40,486 nt of DNA from Chiloscyllium plagiosum (Eukaryota), in assembly GCF_004010195.1 (NCBI RefSeq), contig NW_025215363.1, positions 63,113-103,598 on the forward strand, read 5' to 3'. The notes under the pieces were generated by a model. It saw only the letters and a list, made by a program, of their open reading frames with translations, ran no database searches and was not told where the DNA came from. Position numbers and translations under genes: made by a program. Positions 34,601 through 40,486 of the stretch are shown in pieces; the first letter of the stretch is position 1; the number at the start of each line of letters is the position of its first letter.

Positions 34601-35589
34601 GGAACATTTTTCTCTAGTGCAGCAGGAGGAGATTACACAGCTATTGGAGCCTGGTACTCAGAGGCACCTGGAGGAGAGCACACATGTATTGGAGCCTGTT
34701 ACTCATGGGCCGCAGGAGAGCATGAAACTATTGGTGGCTGTTATTCTGGACCAGTAGGTGGACAGCACACAGCTATTAGAGTCTGTTCCTTCGGCGAAGC
34801 CGGAAGACAGCACACAGTTATTCCAAGCTGTTACTCAGGAGCATCAGGAGAGCACACAGCTATTGGTGCCGATTACCCAGAGGCAGGAGGAGGAGAGCGC
34901 ACAGGTATTGTAGCTTGTTGCTCAGGGGCAGCACGAGAGCACACAGCTATTGGAGGCAGTTACTCAGGGGCCAAAGGTGTAGAGCACACAGCTATTGAAA
35001 CCTTTTAAACCGGGTCAGCAGGAGGAGACCACACAACTATTGGAGTCTTTCATTTAGGTCAGCAGGCCAGCACAGATTTATTGGAGCCAATTACTCAGAA
35101 GGGGCAGAAGGACAGCACACAGCTATTGGAACCTGTTACTCAGGGGCAGCAGGGGGAGAGTATGCTGCTATAGGACCCTTCTAATCAGGATCAGCAGGAG
35201 GAAAGCACACAGATATTGAAGCCTGTTACTCGGGCAGCAGGAGGAGAGCACACAGCTATTGAAGCCTGTTACTGGGGGGCAGCCGTAGGCGAGCACACTG
35301 CAAATTGAGCCATTTACTCCAGGGCGGCAGGCGGACAGCACACAGCTACTGTAACCAGTATTCATGGTCAACAGCAGTGCATGCAGCTACTGGTGCCAGG
35401 TACTCAGTGTAGCATGAAGAGAGCATGCAGCAATTTGAGCCTCTTTCTCAGGAGCAGCAGGAGGAGAGCTCAATCATATTGAAGTCTGTTACTCAGGTGC
35501 AGCAAGAGGATAGCACAGAGATATTGGAGCCTGTTACTAAGGGGCAGCAGGATGACAGCATTCAGTTATTGGAGCCTGGAACTCAGGAG

Positions 35590-35610
35590 CAGCAGCAGCA
35601 GCAGCAGCAG
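35590..35610 (+). repeat. (CAG)7 expansion inside a satellite unit
   Basis: cagcagcagcagcagcagcag in the variable CAG/GAG segment of the unit. Confidence 0.85.
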
Positions 35611-38600
35611 AGCATACAGCTTTGGGAGCCTGTTAATCAGGATCATCTGGAGAGCACACAGATATTGGAGCCTGTTGGTCAGGGGCAGAAGGGGAGCACA
35701 CGTATTGGAGCCTTTTACTCATAGGCAAGAGGAGGACAGCACACAGGTATTAGAGCCTGTTACTCAGGGGCAGCATTTGGTGAACACACAGGTATTGGAA
35801 CCATTTACTCAGGGGCAGCAGGAGCATAACAAATAGTTATGGTAGCCCTGTACTCAGGGTCAAAGGCAGAACATATTGTAGCCTGTTATACAGGTTAGCA
35901 AGAGAGAGCATGCAGCTATTTGAGCCTCTTACTCAGGAGCAGCAGGAAGAGAGCACACACCTATTGTGGCCTATTACTGAGGAACACAGGAGGAGAGCAC
36001 ACAGCTATTGAAGCCTGTTACCCAGAGGCAGCAGGAGGACAGCATTCAGTTATTGGAGCCTAGTACGCAGTGGCAGCAGAAGAACATGCAACTATTGGAG
36101 CCTATTCCGCAGGAGCAGCTAGAGAAAACACACCTATTGAAGTCTGTTACTCAGGAATGGAAGGAGAGCACACAGCTATTGGAGCGTGTTGCTCGGGGAA
36201 GCAGACGAGCACACAGCGTTTGCAGCCTGTTAGTCAGCAGCAGCAGGAGGCGAGATCACTGCTATGGGAGCCTGTCACTCATGGAAGCCAGGAAAGCGCT
36301 CAGCTATTGGAACATATTTCTCAAGAGCAGCAGGAGGAGATTACACATCTTTTGGAATCTGGTACTCAGGGGCAACAGGAGGCGAGCACACATGAATTGG
36401 AGCTTGTTACGCATGGGCAGCAAGAGAGCATGCTGCTAGTGGAGCCTGTTGCTCAGGGGCAGCAGGAGGTGAGTAGACACTGTTGGAGCCTATTACTCGG
36501 GGGCAGCAGGAGGTGATCGCACTGCTATTTGAGCTATTTACTCCAGGACAGCAAGAGGACAGCACACAGCTCTTGGAGCCTGTTACTCTGGGGCAGCAGT
36601 ACAGCATGCAGTTGTTGGAGCCTATTCCTCAGGAGTAGCCGGAGAACACACACTTATTGGACACTATTACTCAGGAGCAGCAGGAGGAGAGCACACAGCT
36701 ATTGGAGCCTGTTACTCAGGGGCAGCAGGAGGAGAGCAGAAACGTATTGCGGCCTGTTGCTCATGCGCAGCAGGAGGCAAACACACTGCTATTGGACCAA
36801 TTTACTCCAGGCCAGCAAGAAAACAGCACACAGCTATTGGAGCTTGTTACTCAGGGGCAGCAGGATAGCATGCTGCTAAATGAGCCTGTTACTCAGGAGC
36901 AGCAGCAGGCGAGAAGACACGTATTGGAGCCTGTTACTCTGGGGCAACAGGAGGAAAGCACACTGCTATTGGTTCTATTGACTACAGGGCAGCAGGAGGA
37001 CCGCACACAGCTATTGCACCCTGTATTCAAGGTCAACAGCAGAGCATGCAGCAGAGCACTGCAGCCTGTTACTCAGGGTAGCAGGAAGAGAGCATGCAGC
37101 AATTTGAGCCACTTTCTCAGGAGCAGCAGGAGATGAGCACACAGCTATTGGAGCCTTTCACTCAGGTGCAGCAGGAGGAGAGCACAGAGGTATTGTAGCC
37201 TGTTACTCTGCCAGCAGGGGAGCACACATCTATTGGAGCCTGTTACTCCGGGGCAACCGGAGGAGAACACACAACTGTTGGAGAATGTTACTCAGGAGCT
37301 ACAGCAGGAGAACACGCAGGTATTGGTACCTGTTAGACAGGAGCAACAGGAGGAGAGTACCCAGCTATTGGAGATTGTTACGCAGGTGTAGGAGGAAAGC
37401 ATACAGCTTTTGGAACCTGTATCTCGGGAGCAGTATGATGAGAGCAGACACGTATTGGAGCCTGTTACTCAGGGGCAGCAGGAGGAGAGCAGAAACATAT
37501 TGCAGCCTGTTGCGCATGCGCAGCAGGAGGCGAACACACTGCTATTGGACCAATTTACTCCCACCTGTTGGGGCCTGTTACTCAGGGGCAGCAGGAGGAG
37601 AACACACACTTATTAAATCCTGTGACTCTGCTTCATGAGGAGAGCACACAGCTAAGGGAGCCTTGTATTCAGGTGCAGGAGGAGAGCATACAGCTATTGG
37701 ACACTATTACTCAGCAGCAACAGGAGAGCACACAGCTATTGGAGACTGTTACTCAGGGGCAACAGGAGAGTGACCAGCTTTTGGAGCCTGTTACAATGGA
37801 GGAGCAGGAGAGCATACAGCTAATAGAGTCGGTTACTTAGAGTCAACAGAAGAAGAGCACACAGATAACCTGTTACTCAGTGTCAGAAGGGGAGCACACA
37901 TCTATTGGATTCTGTTACTCCGGAGCAACAGGAGGAGAACATACAGCGATTGGAGCCTCTAACACAGGAGCAGTAGGAGGAGAGCACACAAATATTGGAA
38001 CTTGTTGCCCAGGATGAGCGGTCGGAGAGCACAGAGCTATTGGAGCCTGTTAACCAGCAGCAGCAGGACGGTAGCACCCAGCTATGGGAGCCTGTTACTC
38101 GGGGGAAGCAGGAGTAGAGCACACAGATATCGGAACCTGTTACTGAGGGGCAGCAGGAGAGAGCATAGCTATTGGAGCCTGTGACTCAGGGGCAGGAAGT
38201 GAGCACACAGCTGTTGCAGACTGTTACTTCTGGGCAACAGGAGGAGAACACACGACTATTGGAGCCTCTTACACAGGAGATGTAGGAGGAGACCACACAA
38301 CTATTGGAGCCTGTTACTCAGTAGCAACAGGAGGAAAGTACTCAGCTATGAGAGCTTGTTACTCAGGTGCAGGACGGGAGCACACAGCTTTTGGAACCCG
38401 TTACTCAGGAGCAGCAGGAAGAGATCACACAGCTTTTGCAGGCTGTTACTCAGGTTGAGCAGGCGGAGAGCACACAGCTATTGGAGCATGTTACTGAGTA
38501 ACAGCAGGAGAGCACACAAGTGTTGAAACCTGTTACTCAGGAGTAGCAGTAGAAGAGCACACAGCTATTGGAGCCTTTCACTCAGGAGCAGCGGGAGGAG

Positions 38601-40486
38601 AGCACACAGCTAACGGAGCCATTTACTCAGGGTCAGCAGGAGGGCAGCGCACAGCTATTGTGGTCCAGTACTCAGGGGCAGCAGCAGAACATGCAGTTAT
38701 TGGAGCCTGTTACTCAGCGTAGCGAAAGGAGAACATGCAGTTATTGGAGCCTTCGACACAGGAGCAACAGGAGGAGAGCACACAGCTATTGGAATCTGGT
38801 AATCAGGGACAGCAGTAGAGAATGCAGTTATTGAAACCTGTTACTCAGTGTAGCAGGAGGAGATCGCACAAGTTTTGGAGCCTGTTACTCATGCGCAGGA
38901 GGAGAGCACACACGTTTTGTAGCCCGTTAATCAGGAGCAAATGGAGGACAGCGCACAGATCTTGGAGTCTGTGACCCAGGGACAGGAGGAGAGCATGCTA
39001 CTATCCGAGCCTGTGAGTCAGCAGCAGCCGGAGGAGAGCACACATATATGGTGGTCTGTTACTCAGGGGAAGGAGGCGAGGACACAGTTAATGGATCTTT
39101 AATCAGCAGCGGCAGGAGAGTACACACCTATTGGAGCCTGTTACTCAGGACGAGCAGAAAAGAGAATACAACTAATGGAGCCTGGTATTCAGGGAATCAG
39201 GAGAGCACACATCCGTTAGAGCTTGTTACTTAAGGACAACAGGAGGAGAGTATACAGCTATTGGAGTCTGTTACGCAGTGGCAGTAGGAGATCACACAGC
39301 TATTAGAGCATGTTGCTCAGTGGCAGCAGGACCAAAGCACACAACTAATGGGGATAGTACTCAGGGGGAGCAGGAGAGCGTGGTGCTATTGGAGTCTGTT
39401 TCTCAGAGCAGCAGGATGAGTGTAGTCAGCTACTGGAGCTTGTCACGCAGGAGCAGCCGGAGAGCACACAACTACTAGAGCCCGTTACTCAGGGGCATCA
39501 GGAGGGGAGCACACAACTAATTGAGTCTGTTATCAGTGGCAGCAGCCGAGCACACAGCTGTGGAGCCTGGCACTCTGGGGCAGCAGGAGTAAAGCAACCA
39601 GCTATTGGAGCCAGTTACTCAGGAGCTGGAGGAGGAGTGTACATAGTGTGACTCAGGGGCAGGAGTAGAGCAAACAGCTTTTGGAGCCTGTTAATCAGAA
39701 ACAGGAGGAGGAGAGTACACAGCTATTGGAGCCTTTTACTCAGGAGCAACCGGAGAAGTGTACCCAGCTCTTGTAGCTTGTTCCTGGGGAGCAGAAGGAG
39801 ATCACACAGCTATTGGAGCCCGTTACCCAAGGGCAGCAGCAGGAGCACACAGATATTGGAGCATGTGTCTTGGGAGTAGAGGCAGGAGTGCACACAATTA
39901 TCGGAGCCTGTTGATCAGTGGCAGCAGGACACAACACAGCTGTTCGAGCCAAAATCTCAGGGGAAGCAGGAGGAGTGAACACGGCTGTTGGAGATTGTTA
40001 CTCAGCAGTAGCAGCAGGAGAACAAACAGCTGTTATAGCCTGGTACCCAGGGGGAGCAGGAGTAGAGTGCACAGTCATTTGTGCATGTTACTCTGGAGCA
40101 GCAGGAGAGCACACAGCTATTGGAGTCACTTATTCAGCGACAACAGGACGACAGTTCACAACGACTGCAGCCTGTTACTCAGTGACAGCAGGGGCACACA
40201 CATGTAATGGTGCCTTTTACACGGTAGCAGCAGGTGGAGAGCGCACAATTATTGGAGCCTGTTACTCAAGAGCATCCGGAGGAGAGTACTCAGCTATTGG
40301 AAGTTGTTACTCAGGAGGAGGAGGAATGCACACAGCTATTGTATCTGGTTAATCAGGACCAGCAGCAGGAGAGCACACAGCTATTGGAGCCTTTTATCAG
40401 GAGCAACCGGATAAGTGTACCCAGCTCTTGGAGCGTGTTCCTGGGGAGCAGAAGGAGATCACACAGCTATTGGAGCCCGTTACCCA

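Larger units (their letters stand above)
6150..40486 (+). repeat. Giant degenerate 42/45-bp satellite, type B ((cag)gaggagagcacacagctattggagcctgttactcaggggcag), several hundred units, interrupted by insertions and gaps, running off the right edge
   Basis: agcacacagctattggagcctgttactcag recurs continuously. Unit length varies mostly by CAG/GAG triplets. It produces the ESTQLLEPVTQ, RAHSYWSLLLR and GEHTAIGACYS pseudo-ORFs in the three plus frames. Confidence 0.97.

Noticed and set aside
6116..40352. Dozens of Q/E-rich, R/S/L-rich or G/A/C-rich ORFs (e.g. 33963..34757) as real proteins
   Set aside because: They are the three plus-frame translations of one satellite unit, with frequent stops and frame switches and no unique domain.
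6150..40486. CRISPR-like array (conserved core plus variable segment)
   Set aside because: The variable parts are mutated versions of the same unit rather than unique spacers. The context is eukaryotic and there are no cas genes.

Overview
Eukaryotic, repeat-dominated window with three N-gaps (12166-12463, 22706-23168, 29786-30321). The HE1-type V-SINE, CR1/HER1-like LINEs, Penelope-like elements and GPR139-like exon point to a cartilaginous fish, probably a shark (inference). From left to right: (1) a 65-bp satellite interrupted by a 5'-truncated Penelope-like element (RT + GIY-YIG, with a hammerhead-ribozyme motif). (2) A rearranged CR1 whose 5' part is inverted and joined to a sense ORF2 piece. 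(3) A short unique island with the first coding exon of a minus-strand GPR139/142-like GPCR, which has an in-frame TGA and a candidate TATA box. (4) A 42-bp array, then a ~34-kb degenerate 42/45-bp purine-rich satellite with nested higher-order duplications. The large satellite hosts a (TTAGA)~59 tract, a second Penelope end with an intact hammerhead core, an HE1 SINE and a near full-length dead CR1. Almost all ORFs in the track are translations of the satellite. I see no intact protein-coding gene and no clearly new multi-gene system. The best leads are the hammerhead motifs, the twin-priming-like CR1, the GPCR exon and the origin of the satellite.
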